Origin: Nitrosopumilus sp.
GTDB lineage: Archaea > Thermoproteota > Nitrososphaeria > Nitrososphaerales > Nitrosopumilaceae
Direction of reading: 5' to 3'
NCBI GenBank assembly: GCA_965204345.1
Contig: OZ241981.1
Span: 128,001-192,000 of the forward strand
DNA: 64,000 bases
A program made the position numbers and the translations under genes. This document shows, piece by piece, positions 29,908-42,600 of this stretch. Each line of letters opens with the position of its first letter. The first letter of the stretch is position 1. The notes below the pieces were generated by a model. That model did not search any database and was not told the DNA's origin. It saw only the letters and a program-made list of their open reading frames with translations.

Positions 29908-31575
29908 TTATCCTGCAGATTGTTTTTCAGAAGATGCCTTGATAAATGCAGCAAATGATTCTTCTGGAAATCCAGGCCTGCTGTCAAATTCCGGATGGAA
30001 CTGAACGCCTAGATAGAACCTGTGCGATGGAATTTCAAGCATCTCCATTCTTTTACCGCCGTCGCTATATGCTGAAAATATCAGTCCCTTCTCCTCAAAT
30101 TCTGGAATGTATTCCTTGTTGATCTCATATCTGTGCCTATGGCGTTTGCTTATCGTTGATGAGCTGTAAATTTTTTCTGCGTTGGTATTTTTTTTGATGA
30201 TTACGTCATTTGCACCTAATCTTAATGAGCCTCCCATGTCTGAAACATCTTCTTGTTCTGGAAGCAAACCCACAATTGGATTCTTTGTGCCTTCATTGAT
30301 CTCAGTTGAACTTGCATCCTCCAAATTCAGCACGTTTCTTCCAAACGCAATTGCGGCCAACTGAAATCCAAAGCATATTCCAAGATATGGCACATTTTTT
30401 TCACGAGCAAAATTTGCAGTTTGTATAATTCCCTCTGATCCCCTTGTACCAAACCCTCCCGGAACCAAAATTCCGTCATAACCTGCCAAAATGCCATGAT
30501 CCGTAATGGATTCAGAGTCTATCCATGTGATATCTACTGTTTTTCCTATCTGTGCCCCTGCATGTTTTAACGCATGATTTACACTTACGTAGCTGTCTGC
30601 TAGTGTGACATACTTTCCTACCATTGCAATCTTTACTCTTCCATTTTGATGATTAACCATGCTGTGGACAATTTTATTCCATCTGTCCCAATTAGCCGAC
30701 GCATTTACCATTCCAACTTTGCCAAATTTTGTAAATATTGAATCTAGTATGCCTTGATCATAAAGCATCTGAGGCACATTAAAAATTGATTTTGCATCAT
30801 GACAGGATAAAACATCTCTTGTTGTAACATTGGTAAACATCCCTATCTTTTTCTTTGTCTTTTCCTCTAATGGCAATGAGCATCTCACTGCTAGAAAATC
30901 TGGCTGAATTCCTATTCTTCTTAGTTCCTGCACGCTATGCTGAGTCGGCTTTGTCTTTTGCTCTCCTACCACCTCCAATGACGGGGCCAATGTAACATGA
31001 ACGAAAATTACATTCTCTGAGCCCTCTTCTGCCCTTATTTGTCTTAGTGCTTCTAAAAATGGCAGTGATTCGATGTCTCCTACGGTTCCGCCACATTCCA
31101 CAATCAAAAAGTCTAGGTTCTCATCTTTTGCGATATCTGATATCCTACTTTTAATTTCATCTGTAACATGAGGTATAATCTGCACACATGCCCCAAGGTA
31201 CTCTCCTTTTCTTTCTGCTTCTATGACTGAAGAGTACACCTGTGCAGTTGTAATGTTGTGATTTTTGGGAATATTCTGATTAAGAAACCTTTCATAATTT
31301 CCGATATCCATGTCACATTCTCCCCCGTCATTTGTGACAAAGACTTCACCATGTGCTACCGGATTCATAGTTCCTGCATCATAGTTAAGATACGGATCTA
31401 TTTTGATACACGATACCCTCTGATCTGCCAGTTGAAATAATTTTGCAATGGAGGATGTTGTTATGCCTTTTCCAAGGCCAGACATCACACCGCCTGTGAC
31501 AAAAATATACTTTGTCTGACTTTTTTTGACATCTTTTTTTTGCTGAGCAGATGTTTTCACGCCTAATTCACTCAT
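29908..31575 (-). CDS. pyrG: CTP synthase
   Basis: [27 protein letters not shown]. Confidence 0.97.
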   Translation of the reverse strand: MSELGVKTSAQQKKDVKKSQTKYIFVTGGVMSGLGKGITTSSIAKLFQLADQRVSCIKIDPYLNYDAGTMNPVAHGEVFVTNDGGECDMDIGNYERFLNQNIPKNHNITTAQVYSSVIEAERKGEYLGACVQIIPHVTDEIKSRISDIAKDENLDFLIVECGGTVGDIESLPFLEALRQIRAEEGSENVIFVHVTLAPSLEVVGEQKTKPTQHSVQELRRIGIQPDFLAVRCSLPLEEKTKKKIGMFTNVTTRDVLSCHDAKSIFNVPQMLYDQGILDSIFTKFGKVGMVNASANWDRWNKIVHSMVNHQNGRVKIAMVGKYVTLADSYVSVNHALKHAGAQIGKTVDITWIDSESITDHGILAGYDGILVPGGFGTRGSEGIIQTANFAREKNVPYLGICFGFQLAAIAFGRNVLNLEDASSTEINEGTKNPIVGLLPEQEDVSDMGGSLRLGANDVIIKKNTNAEKIYSSSTISKRHRHRYEINKEYIPEFEEKGLIFSAYSDGGKRMEMLEIPSHRFYLGVQFHPEFDSRPGFPEESFAAFIKASSEKQSAG

Positions 31576-31624
31576 GGATCAATTATGATGGTCTTGGCTT
31601 TTAAAATATTGCATATGCAGGTTA

Positions 31625-32512
31625 TGTGTAATCTTTGGGTGTTTTATCAAGTTATCGGGATCTAGGCTTTATGTGCAGTTATCATTATATTTTTGTTGTA
31701 ATTACTGATATTCTTGTATTGCTTTACGATCTCCAAGTAAAGCAGACCACCTGTAGCGTGTCTTTATGTGCATTACCTGATAGCCTAAAAATTCACAATT
31801 TATTGTACCATCAGAGTATTCTTCAGCCGCTTCAGCAACAGATGCCTCCACAATTCAAATGAAAATGAGCATCACTGGTATCCTGCATGTGCAGTCAAAT
31901 CAAGTACCAGCAAAGTTCTTTTTTAGCCTTTTTTTTGATTTTCACCATGCAATACATCATATATAATAAGACCTCCAAGAAAACCAAAGAAAATAGACAG
32001 TAGATGCCAAGCATCAGATTTTTTTTGGTTTAAATGAGCATTATCATGATGGCGTTTTAAACAGCTTGTCTAACCTTCTGGCATCTCATTTCCATAGGTT
32101 TTACAATAAGGCACAAATACCTTCAATTATGACAGCGTCTGTCTTTTTGAGACCACCACTAAAGACTTTCTCACGATCTCTTATCCCACCATTTGGTCTC
32201 TTCCATCTTTTGTTATTTAATCGTCTTTGAGATGAATATGCCTTCATTGAATAAGATTAAAACATAAGACTATTGGTTTTTTCTTTAGTTCACTCAACAT
32301 GTCTTTTAATGTACAAATGTTTTGTGATGCAACTTTTTTCAAATTTTTCATCCCCTGTTCCATCCAATCCGTTTTATTATTAAACCCATTTTCACGATTC
32401 AATACACATTGATCCAATTTTGCTAGATCGTCAGAAATACCCCTAGTGTTGATACTTGATGAATGCTGTAAACCGTGTATGTTAGCTTCTAGCAGCACCC
32501 AAAGATTACACA
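31625..32512 (-). mobile_element. decayed IS6-family-like element with 17-bp perfect inverted repeats
   Basis: tgtgtaatctttgggtg at 31625-31641 and its reverse complement at 32496-32512; minus-strand fragments RHIHLKDD..., NGGIRDREKVF..GLKKTD (~32060-32290) resemble thaumarchaeal DDE transposases. Confidence 0.65.
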
Positions 32513-32545
32513 AATCTTTTTATCTATAATATTTTATAATTATCA

Positions 32546-33514
32546 TTGGAATATCTTGATGAATTAAATGATAATGACGCTGTAAATTTGGACCTCATTA
32601 TCATACATAAAGAAAAACCAACAGTCACAAAAAATCCAGAAAAATATATGACCGTACTTCAGATAGCCGATAAAACCAAAACAATCAAAGCCAGGTTTTT
32701 TGGTACAGTATCACAATGTACTGATTTTTACAACAATATTTCTATTAATAAAGTGTATAAAATTGTAGGCAGCTTTAGTGAAAAATATAACAGCATCACT
32801 ATAAACCATCATGAATTGGAATTGGTTACTGAACCTGATTTTTCAAAACTTGAAAAAGAAATCAGAACTGATCCAGACCAAGTTCATGATTTAATGGCTT
32901 TTATTGAAAAAATTAAAGATAAACAAATTAAGCAAATTTTGGATAAAGTTCTTCAGAGAAAAGATCTTATTGAGAAGGTCTCCTGCTGGCCTGCTGCTTC
33001 ATCCTATCATCATGCTTATCCTGGTGGATTGATCACTCATATTTTAGAGATGTTAAGATTGAGTGAATCTATATGCAATGAATATAAAAATATTAATCGT
33101 GATCTTTTATTTTGTGGTTGTATACTACATGACATAGGGAAGATTATTGAATACGATGTACAATACTCTACAACATTTTCTCAAAAAGGCAGACTATTAT
33201 CACACATACCAATCGGTTTTTTCATAATCGGTGAGATTATTATCAAAGAAACTAACTGCAGTAATGAGATGCAAAATCATATTTTACATATGATATTAAG
33301 TCATCATGGAGATCCTAAAACAAGTCAATCATTTATGCCGCCAAAAACTTTGGAAGCTGTCGCCCTGCATAATGTTGATAAGTTATCTGCTACTTTGGCT
33401 CCGTTAAATGAATTATCTGTTGATACCAAAGGATGGAAGAAAATTAAAGATATGGAATATTATTTTGGAGATGAAGAATCTGAACAAACATCTAATTCTT
33501 TGGGCAATGATTGA
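32546..33514 (+). CDS. OB-fold + HD hydrolase, YhaM/Cbf1-like 3'-5' exonuclease
   Basis: PAASSYHHAYPGGL..H, LHDIGK, ILSHHG, PKTLEA...D. Confidence 0.88.
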   Translation: MEYLDELNDNDAVNLDLIIIHKEKPTVTKNPEKYMTVLQIADKTKTIKARFFGTVSQCTDFYNNISINKVYKIVGSFSEKYNSITINHHELELVTEPDFSKLEKEIRTDPDQVHDLMAFIEKIKDKQIKQILDKVLQRKDLIEKVSCWPAASSYHHAYPGGLITHILEMLRLSESICNEYKNINRDLLFCGCILHDIGKIIEYDVQYSTTFSQKGRLLSHIPIGFFIIGEIIIKETNCSNEMQNHILHMILSHHGDPKTSQSFMPPKTLEAVALHNVDKLSATLAPLNELSVDTKGWKKIKDMEYYFGDEESEQTSNSLGND

Positions 33515-33590
33515 TAATCACTACATGCATCCCTTTCTATGATTAGATAAAAAAGATCACCTAACTGATCAAAATAATAAAGTGTCATTT

Positions 33591-33700
33591 GATTGTATGT
33601 TTTGCTTTATTTTATCTGTTGAAATAAACGAATTTCACGCCTAAACTTTGTCACTTTGGTTCTTTCCTAGCTTAGCACACTTGAAAAATCCCCAAGATGT
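33591..33700 (-). repeat. dispersed repeat copy (distal part)
   Basis: reverse complement gctaagctaggaaagaaccaaagtgacaaagtttaggc matches 16001-16040. Confidence 0.65.
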
Positions 33701-33752
33701 AATATAGGCTATTAATAAGTATAAATAACTACAGTTATGGTTGCTGCTATTC

Positions 33753-35995
33753 TTGAATTTAAAAGTAACATTGCCGATGATAATTTTCTCACTAGTCCTC
33801 CTGTTTGCATATCCTTTAGATTCTGCATCCTAGACTGATGATGAGGATGCACAGCTTGCAGTGCCAGGCAATCTTATCCCGGCTGAGAATACATTAGGTT
33901 CTGTTGCAAGTGTGGATGTACCACCCAAGTTTGATGGCGGCTTTTATGGCAAAATCCAGGCCTCATATCTGAGGTACCCCAAGATGGCGACTATGGGGTA
34001 CATGACGGCACGCGATACTATGATGTCCTAATTATAGTGGCCAGAAGTGATGGTATAGATGCAGATGAGACAGCGCGCAAGAACAAGGATGCAATAGTAC
34101 AGAGACTTGATCTTCTTGGCGCACGTAACATAGCATCTGCAGAGTCACTCTCATTTGTGACTGCATCCATCCCAGTTGCAGACGTTCTGGGACTCTCACT
34201 TTATGACGAGGTATATGCCATGGGAGATGGTGAAATTCCCGTGACTCTGGAGATTGATACGGCTACGGGAACCGTACATGCAACTCCCGATGAGATTCAT
34301 ACTGCGACTGGCACAAATCTTGATGGCAGTGGAGTTGTTGTGGCAATCATTGACAGAGGCATCAACCACGATATCGCATTTATGGGCAGAATCGATGGGC
34401 GTGTAGAGTGCGATGATACGTGTGAGCCTGCAACTGCTGATACTGTGATCGGCGTTAATAGTACTAATCATCTTTCTCGTAATTTTACATCCCATGGTAC
34501 GCATATAGCCCAAATCCTTGCCGCATCAGGACTGCCTGCTCATAACGGCATTGCCCCTGGTGTAAAACTTTTGGATGCCTCAATTACCAGGCACAGTGTA
34601 GATGACGATAACAACCGTACCTTCATTAGTGCAAACAGAAATGACGTGGCACATGCCCTTGACTGGTCTCTCAAAAAAGGAGCCGACATGGCAGTCATGA
34701 GTTTTGGTTTTGGAATCTGCAGTGGAGATTATGGAAAGACAACCAACCTCATCACAAATGAGGCAGTTGACAAGGGAATGGTTCTAGTATCATCTGCAGG
34801 AAACAGGGGCATAATTTATGGAGCGCCAAACCAGCCAGTTTATCATCTATATTCTGATATGTTTTGTATATGCAATAATGGCATAATTTATGGAGCGCCA
34901 AACCAGCCAGTTTATCAGTCTATAACTCATCTCGGATGCGGACACAATGAAATTACCGTAGGCGGAATAAATGATCGTGGTCAAACAATAACAAGGGCAG
35001 ATTTTTCAGGCATGGGTCCCGTACCCGGAACAGTCCTGCTAAAGCCTGAGATAGTTGCACCTGCACATCATATTCAGACACTGGACAATGTTGCAGAAGC
35101 TGACACTTTTAGTCCTCGGTCCGGAACCAGCCTTGCTGCTCCCCAGGCAAGTGCAACTGCTGCCCTGTTGCTACAGGCAAAACCTGATCTGACCCCAGTT
35201 GAGATAAAGACAATACTTCTTCTTGGGGCTGACTGGCAGGGTCCAATCCCTTGCACGTCTGCACAGTATGAAAAAAACAATTCCACCGACAACTGTTCTC
35301 ATGCCAGACAGCCCTCGGATCCTTTTGAGGCAACCAATGTTGCATCCCTTGGAATACTAAACAATGTGGGCTTTGGCATACTAAACACAGCAGAGTCACT
35401 CAGGTATGCTCACAGTGAATCATCCCATGTAATGTCACACTATCTAAAGTCAGATACGCATACAAAGCAGTACGAGTTTGACGTACAGGACACATCAAAG
35501 CCAGTCAAAGTGATACTGTCATGGCTGGTTCATCCGCATGGCAGTATAACCGGACAGTTGACGACTAATGATACAGCAGTCCCTATTACCAATCTTGATT
35601 TTACAATATTGTCTCCGGATAATGCTACAATACAGGCAACATCATCCCACCAGACAAACGAGTTTGCAGTGTTTGCCCCCACTCTACTAGGAACATACAC
35701 CATAACAGTTAGCGGCTCTAACATTGATAACATAAACAAGCCTGTACAAAACTTTGCACTGGCAAGTACCAATCCTCTTACACTTGTAGGTGACAGTATA
35801 CTGGAGAGAAAAATAGAGAGATACAACTCTACACAAATCAGAATTACAGATATCACAGAAGACATTAAACAGTTAGAGCAAAAATTACAGGACAAAAAAG
35901 ACAATCTGGCAGAACTAGACTCGTTACTTTCCAAGCTTTATCTGCAAATTATAGAATTGGCCCCTGATGGTTACGAATTTCCATTCAAGGATTGA
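33753..35995 (+). pseudogene. S8 subtilisin-like protease; catalytic part open (34037-35995) but signal/pro region broken by TAG at 33831 and a frameshift near 33960
   Basis: IIDRGI, SHGTHIA, SAGN, GTSLAAP triad motifs; upstream frame reads LKVTLPMIIFSLVLLFAYPLDSAS*TDD... Confidence 0.78.
34808..34917. repeat. 38-bp perfect direct repeat around a 34-nt insert
   Basis: ggcataatttatggagcgccaaaccagccagtttatca at 34808-34845 and 34880-34917. Confidence 0.97.
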
Positions 35996-36269
35996 ATCTT
36001 TTATTTAATGTATGCAACAAGATAACAAATGCCTGATGCATCCAAACTACTGCATCCCGTGTTAATAGTTTGCAAAAATCAAAAATATGCCATAAATTAA
36101 ACTTAGCAAACAAGTTATTAGATTGATTATTGATATCTGCTGCCAACAGGTTATAGATGTCTAATGGTCCAAAGCAAAAATATCTGTGTTGGGAAAATGC
36201 CATCATGTGCTGTCAATCTTGCGCTGTTTCCAATTTTTCAACAGCAAGATGAATATCCTCTTGCAGTTT

Positions 36270-36597
36270 GCTGGCAAATTCAGGTGATCAATTCATCAAA
36301 ATTTGCCAGAACCAAGTAGAACAAGTGTGGAAAAAGGATCTCCAAATTCAGAGACCTAAAAATTGTCCCCTAAATTCAAAATAATCTGCTGCTGCTGCTG
36401 TTGATATGAATCAAAATTGTATAAGGTAGTTGGTTGAATTTTGGAAATTATTGGTTAGCTGATCATTGGAACTTGACGGCAAAGTAGAAGAGACGATTTT
36501 CTCAGATATTTAATTATCAAAAAACCCCAAAGAAATGCAGTTTAGATACTTGAATTTGTGGTTTATGGCATGGAACACCAAAATTTGCCAGAACCTC
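36270..36597 (-). repeat. dispersed repeat copy with ctggcaaatt/aatttgccag inverted ends
   Basis: caaaatttgccagaacc at 36297 and 36579; reverse complement matches 15751-15900. Confidence 0.7.
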
Positions 36598-36621
36598 GTT
36601 AGCTATTATTAATAACATGGC

Positions 36622-39600
36622 ATGCCCACACTATCTATGGCCGGAATTGCAGTGTCTGGATTTTTGGTTTTGGTTGCCGTGATGATGATAATGGCAGTGA
36701 TGATGCCAGCACATGCTGCAACCTCGGACTCGCCACTTGACCAGCATCATGCAGGCATACCAATAGATGGGATTCAGTGCAATGACGGCAAGCTTTTGAT
36801 GGTGAACCTTGCAGGCAAGCCAGTTTGCGTAACTGGTGATTCTGCCATGAAATTAGGAGACGGGGGCAGCAGCGGCAGCAGCATATATGCCACGACGGCA
36901 CACACACCAGAAACATCCCAAAAAGCCAATGAACCTTTAAGTGAAAAGATCACAAGCCAGACAGACACGCATGTATTTACTGACAAAGAAAAGCAGATTA
37001 TCGCTGATTACAAGAAATCTTCAATATTATCATCACCTGGAATTCTTATACACAGTTATTCCTTAGATCTCTCAGAATCACCCAAGGTGGGCCAAACTGC
37101 TATGATAAACTTTACCGGTATCTACACTGATAATACAAATTTTGAGCCATACATGGAACCATTCACGCTAAAAGTATTTGCCAATCCTGGTGACAAAGTT
37201 TTGTTTCATGATGATGCAGTAACAAATGCAGGCTCTGATGATCCAACCATCTTTGTGCCATTTGATAATAAAGTCGGATATGTAGTAGATGAGCCCGTGC
37301 CGGGTAGGGCTTATACCGTGATGGTTACTGTAGAAATTCTAGAGGAGGGATTTATTGAAATTGACGCATTGCGCTTTGATTCTTTAGAATCCCGTGGCGG
37401 TGTCTACCTTGCAATATCTGATGAATATTCTATATCAGAAAATGAGTATATGGATGAGGGACACACATTTTTGGATCACATCATTTTAGCTAGGGCATCT
37501 AGTTCTGAATCTTTTGCACCTCAAGAAGATAGCGGACTTGGCAATGAAGCGAGGTCTGAGGATGAGATAGTTGATGAGGTTTTGACGGATAAAAGAGTAG
37601 CTGAAATATATGCCAACCACCTGCGACTTTTGGGTGAGATAGTTGTCAATGATATTGGCAAAGTCAATGACGATTTAATTGGATGGCTTGCTGATAAATC
37701 CCTTCCATTAGATGATGTAAAAATTATTTTGAGACACTCTAATTTCACGCAGGCGCAAGTAGATGATGTAATGGAGAGATACGAGGCAGATTATACTGGT
37801 CCCCCGGATATGACGGATGGTGAAGCAACAGCAGCAGCAGCAGCAACAACAGTAGTAGCAGCAGCAGCAACAACAACAACAACAACAGCAGATGGCTCCC
37901 CCACAGATACCGCTGCTGCCCCAGCATTCCCCGTAGCTGCAACTCAGGAGGCGTCTGTTGGTGCAGCAGAAGACTCTTCTTCCAACACTTTTTCCATTGA
38001 AGGCACCGTATCTGCTCAACTTTATCTTTCCCGCACCACGCAACCCATCAACGGGATAGAAGTCTGTGCCTATGATCAACTTGGATCTACCCGTAGTGCA
38101 TTGACTGTATTGCTTACAACTGAGGGTGAAGATGCCTGCACATTTACATCCAACAGGGGAGAATATCGCATAGATTCTATCCAAAATGATGATCCTGATG
38201 ATGAATCAAATGTTGATCTAGTTATCAGAGTTAGTTCCAGGGGTTCAAATGATTTAGTCGTGCATGGTATATCTGGTGTTTATATAGAGTCATCTACCAG
38301 AGTTTTGAACTTTAGTGATGATACAAGAATGTTTGATTTTGTATTGAACGGCCGTGATGCAAGAGCATCTGGTATAATCAATGCAATCTCTGATGGCCGT
38401 GATTTTTTTAGTCATCACGGTATTCCTCCTGAGGAGCTTACTGTAAAGTGGGAGTATCGTAGACTTGCTAGTGTTTTTCCAGACTATACCCGTAACAATG
38501 CTGGATATATACTATCTGCGAACACCATATTTCTTAGCAGTTTTCCTTCTATCGCTGATAATGCTTTACACAAAGATCTCATATTGCATGAATTTGGCCA
38601 CTATATTATGGATATACAAGGTGTATTTCCATTCCTGCTGCGTTGTTACACTGATCTAAACAATGATGGTGATTTTGATGATATCGGTGAGACATCTCAT
38701 TATCTTCAACACCCAACTAATCGTACATGTGCATGGACAGAAGGTTGGGCTAATTTTGTTCCTAATTTAGTTACCAATTCGTCAAGTTTCGATAGTACCC
38801 CTTTTGGTATTATTAATTTGGAGCAAGACAGACAACAGTTAACTACTAATAACTTTATAGATTTTTTACCCGTAGATGACTTTGATCTTATTGGAGAACT
38901 CGTTGAAGGACAGGTAGCCGGAGCGCTATGGGATATCAAAGATCATAACGTTGATGAAATATTTGACAATTTAGAACAAAGCAGTAACGGTACTAACTTA
39001 GATAACCTGCAATTAGGCGATGATGAAATTATTGATGTATTTAAGAATGGAAGATATCATAATTTTAGAGATTTCTATGCTGCATGGGAAGATACAGAAT
39101 ATGATTCTTCATCTGACATTATGAGACTTCACCACATGAACTTTGCAATCCCAAACGATCTACCCCCGCCATCAAACATAGTGACTGACAGTTTTAACAC
39201 GCTTGACAATTGGAGTCAATCTGGCGCCTCTTGTTCGGTTCGCATCTCTGAGATTTGTTTTAACACGCTTGACCATTGGAGTCAATCTGACAATGACATG
39301 TGGGAGATAAATAGTGCCCACAAAACCATTCCAGATTCTGCCAGCGACAATACGGTGGCAACATCTAGCAACTGTGGTTCCGCTTGTTTTATTACACTTA
39401 ACCAGCCACTAGACATAAGAGAGCCTCTTGTAGTATCCTTTGATAGATTTGTTGATAGGAGAATTAACTCAGATGAAGGTCTGTATGTGCAGTACATGAC
39501 AGACTCTAGATGGGTGACACTGGCACAATATACTGGTATGAATGGGAATAATACCGACAACTGGCACTCTGAAGCCCTGACACTTAGCCTACGTGATCAA

Positions 39601-42600
39601 TCACAGACATTACTGCGATTTGTGGCAGACTCAAGCGGAGACAATGAATTCGTAGAGATTGATAATTTTAACATCTCGCCACTACCATTCACATTTACAG
39701 CCGGATTTACAACCGAATTCGTCATTACTCTGTATTTCCCTGTAGGACATGATACTAATTTTACAGCAAGTGATTTTAGCCTGTCTGAGGGAGCAATCAA
39801 CTCTATTAGTGTTAGTCGCAATGGCGAAATATTGCGCATGTTTACATCAGGCATTCCATATAGTACGCCAGTTACAGTAACCTATGTTGGTTCTGATTTT
39901 GGTTTTGATGGCAGTGATTCACAGTCACGCCCCACAGCCACCGTAACCAACTTCGGAAGGCCAGATAGATCAACCTTTGCTGATATCACTTTGCGTAACG
40001 GAGAGACCCGTACTGTAAGCGTGTCTGCACCCAATGCCGACCATGGACCAGTTTCATGGGACCTATTAGAAGCTCCAGACTTTGTCAGCATATCCCGTAC
40101 TGGTAATGGTACGGCAGACGTTATCATCTCTCCGCATAACGCCACCGTTGGCACTTATCTTGTTCGGGTATTCGCGGAGGTTGTCTCATTTTCTGGTCGG
40201 TCAATAGATATTCATGTAACTATTGACGACGGCGACGACAATACTGACCCGCCAGATACCACAAACCCTGTAATTACTGCTCCTGCTGATCTCACTGTAG
40301 AGGCTACCGACATTCGTACACCTGTGAATACTGGTACGGCATCAGCTGCAGACAATTCAGGTCCAAGCCCTGACATAACTCACGACGCACCACCAGACAA
40401 TTTCCCACTTGGCCCCACAACAGTTACATGGACTGCCACAGATGCTGCAGGAAACACAGCTACTGCAACACAGACGATAACCGTACAAGACACAACACCG
40501 CCTGCAATACAAAAGCCTGAAGATATTACAGAAGAGGCTACCTCATCACTAACTGCAATACAGCTGGCAGACCCCACAGTAACAGATATCTTTCCTTTTA
40601 CCATAAATAGCAACGCAACTGCATCGTTTCCTCTGGGTGATACCATAATCGCATGGACTGCCACTGACGAATCTAGGAATATCTCTACAACAACTAGTAC
40701 GGTAACCCTAGTGGATACCACTCCTCCCACAATAGTACAGCCTGCACCAATAACTGTGGATGCCACAGCAGAACTTACACCCGTATCAATAAGCGCGCCA
40801 GCTGCAACTGACACGGTGGACTCAGGCGTTGTTGTTGCTGTAACTGACAGTAATACTGCATCATTTGCCGTTGGAACACACAACGTGGTATGGACTGCCA
40901 CAGATGATTCAGGAAATACCGCAACTCTCACACAGACAGTTACTGTCAGGGATGCAGTCCCAACAGACCCTCCAGACAATCCTGATACCGTTACCCTAAC
41001 CGTCTCTGTAGCTACAACTGCAGGTGATCTCACCAACCTTGCTACGGTACCATTTACGGCAACATTCAACAAGGATGTTGTCTTTGACCTAGGTGACATT
41101 ACAGTAACTGGTACTGCAAATGACGGCAATCCCACAGCATCCAACCTTGGCAGAACAGGCAGTATCTACACCTTTGATGTGGCACGCGGCTCCACAGACG
41201 GAACCGTGACCGTATCCATAGATGCAAACGCGCTAACAGACTCTGCAGGCAACCCCAACACTGCATCTGCTCCAGTTACCGTCACCATAGACACCCTTGC
41301 CCCGGCAGTCTCTGTAACTTCGTCTGCAGGCAGCCGCACCGGACTTGATACGGTACCATTTACAGTAGAATTTAACGAAGACGTTGAGAACTTTGTCCTA
41401 GATGACATTACAGTGACAGGCGATGCCAACGGTGGAACCCTTGCAGCAACCGGCTTTGAGACAGTTGATGCCCGCACATACACCTTTAACGTTGCAGGCA
41501 TATCCTCAGACGGAACCGTAACTGTATCAGTTGCAGCAGATGTGGCAGCAGACCTTGCAGGCAACCCCAACACCGCATCTGCCCCAGTTACCGTCACCGT
41601 AGACACCACAGTCCCATCAGTATCACTGGACACAACTGCTGCTGATCCTACCAACTCTGAGGTCATACCATTTACTGCAATCTTTAGCGGCAATGTCACA
41701 GGATTTGAGCGGTCTGACATCGTTGTGGCAATTGACGGAACCCAGGTATCTAACTCTGAGATTAGTCTTGACCTTGGAGGGGAAAATTCCGTTGTTGTGT
41801 CAATTGGCAGTACACAGGCATCAGATAGCCTGATAACTGCCTTTAATGTAATTAATGGCACCCATTACAACTTTGCAGTCACACACGGGATCACCACAGA
41901 TGGCAAGCTAGCAGTAAGCATACCTGATGGTGTGGTGGCAGGGGGCAACACGGGTGCCGTACATACTATTACGGTGGACATGGTAAACCCATCCGTATCT
42001 ATCACGCCTGCTGATGGCACCACCATTACTGGTGATGACCCTGTAACGTTTACTGCAACATTTGATGAGGACGTTGAGAACTTTGAGCTGGATGACATTA
42101 CAATAGCGGGCACTGCCAATGGCGGCACCCCCACAGCATCCAACATTAATGGAGAAGGCAGTGTCTACACCTTTAATGTGGCACGCGGCTCCACAGACGG
42201 AACAGTAACCGTATCAATAGGTGCAGGTATGGCAGCCGACCTTGCAGGCAATCCCAATGAGGCATCTAATTCAGTTACCGTCACCATCAGCACCACAGGA
42301 GATGAGATTGAGGCAGATATCCCCTCTGGAGGTGATGGTGGCGTAGTGACATATGAGCCATCCTCAAATCTGATCACCCTCAACGTGGTATCTGACACAT
42401 TGCCTGACACAATTATTGCCACTGATGGCCAGCTGCTTGACTTTAATGCCACCCCCACGTTTGCTGATGATGCTGCAAGCGGAGTAAAGAGTGTGAGAAT
42501 TTCTGATTCTACAACTGAGGTTATCACTGATGTCTCTGATTCCCAAACTGTATCTGTCACTTATCCAGCAGGTATAGTTGTAAACGGTTCATCAAATGAT

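Noticed and set aside
38650-38695. DLNNDGDFDDIGE loop as another insertion footprint
   Set aside because: No flanking duplication; more likely a Ca-binding DxDxDG-type loop.
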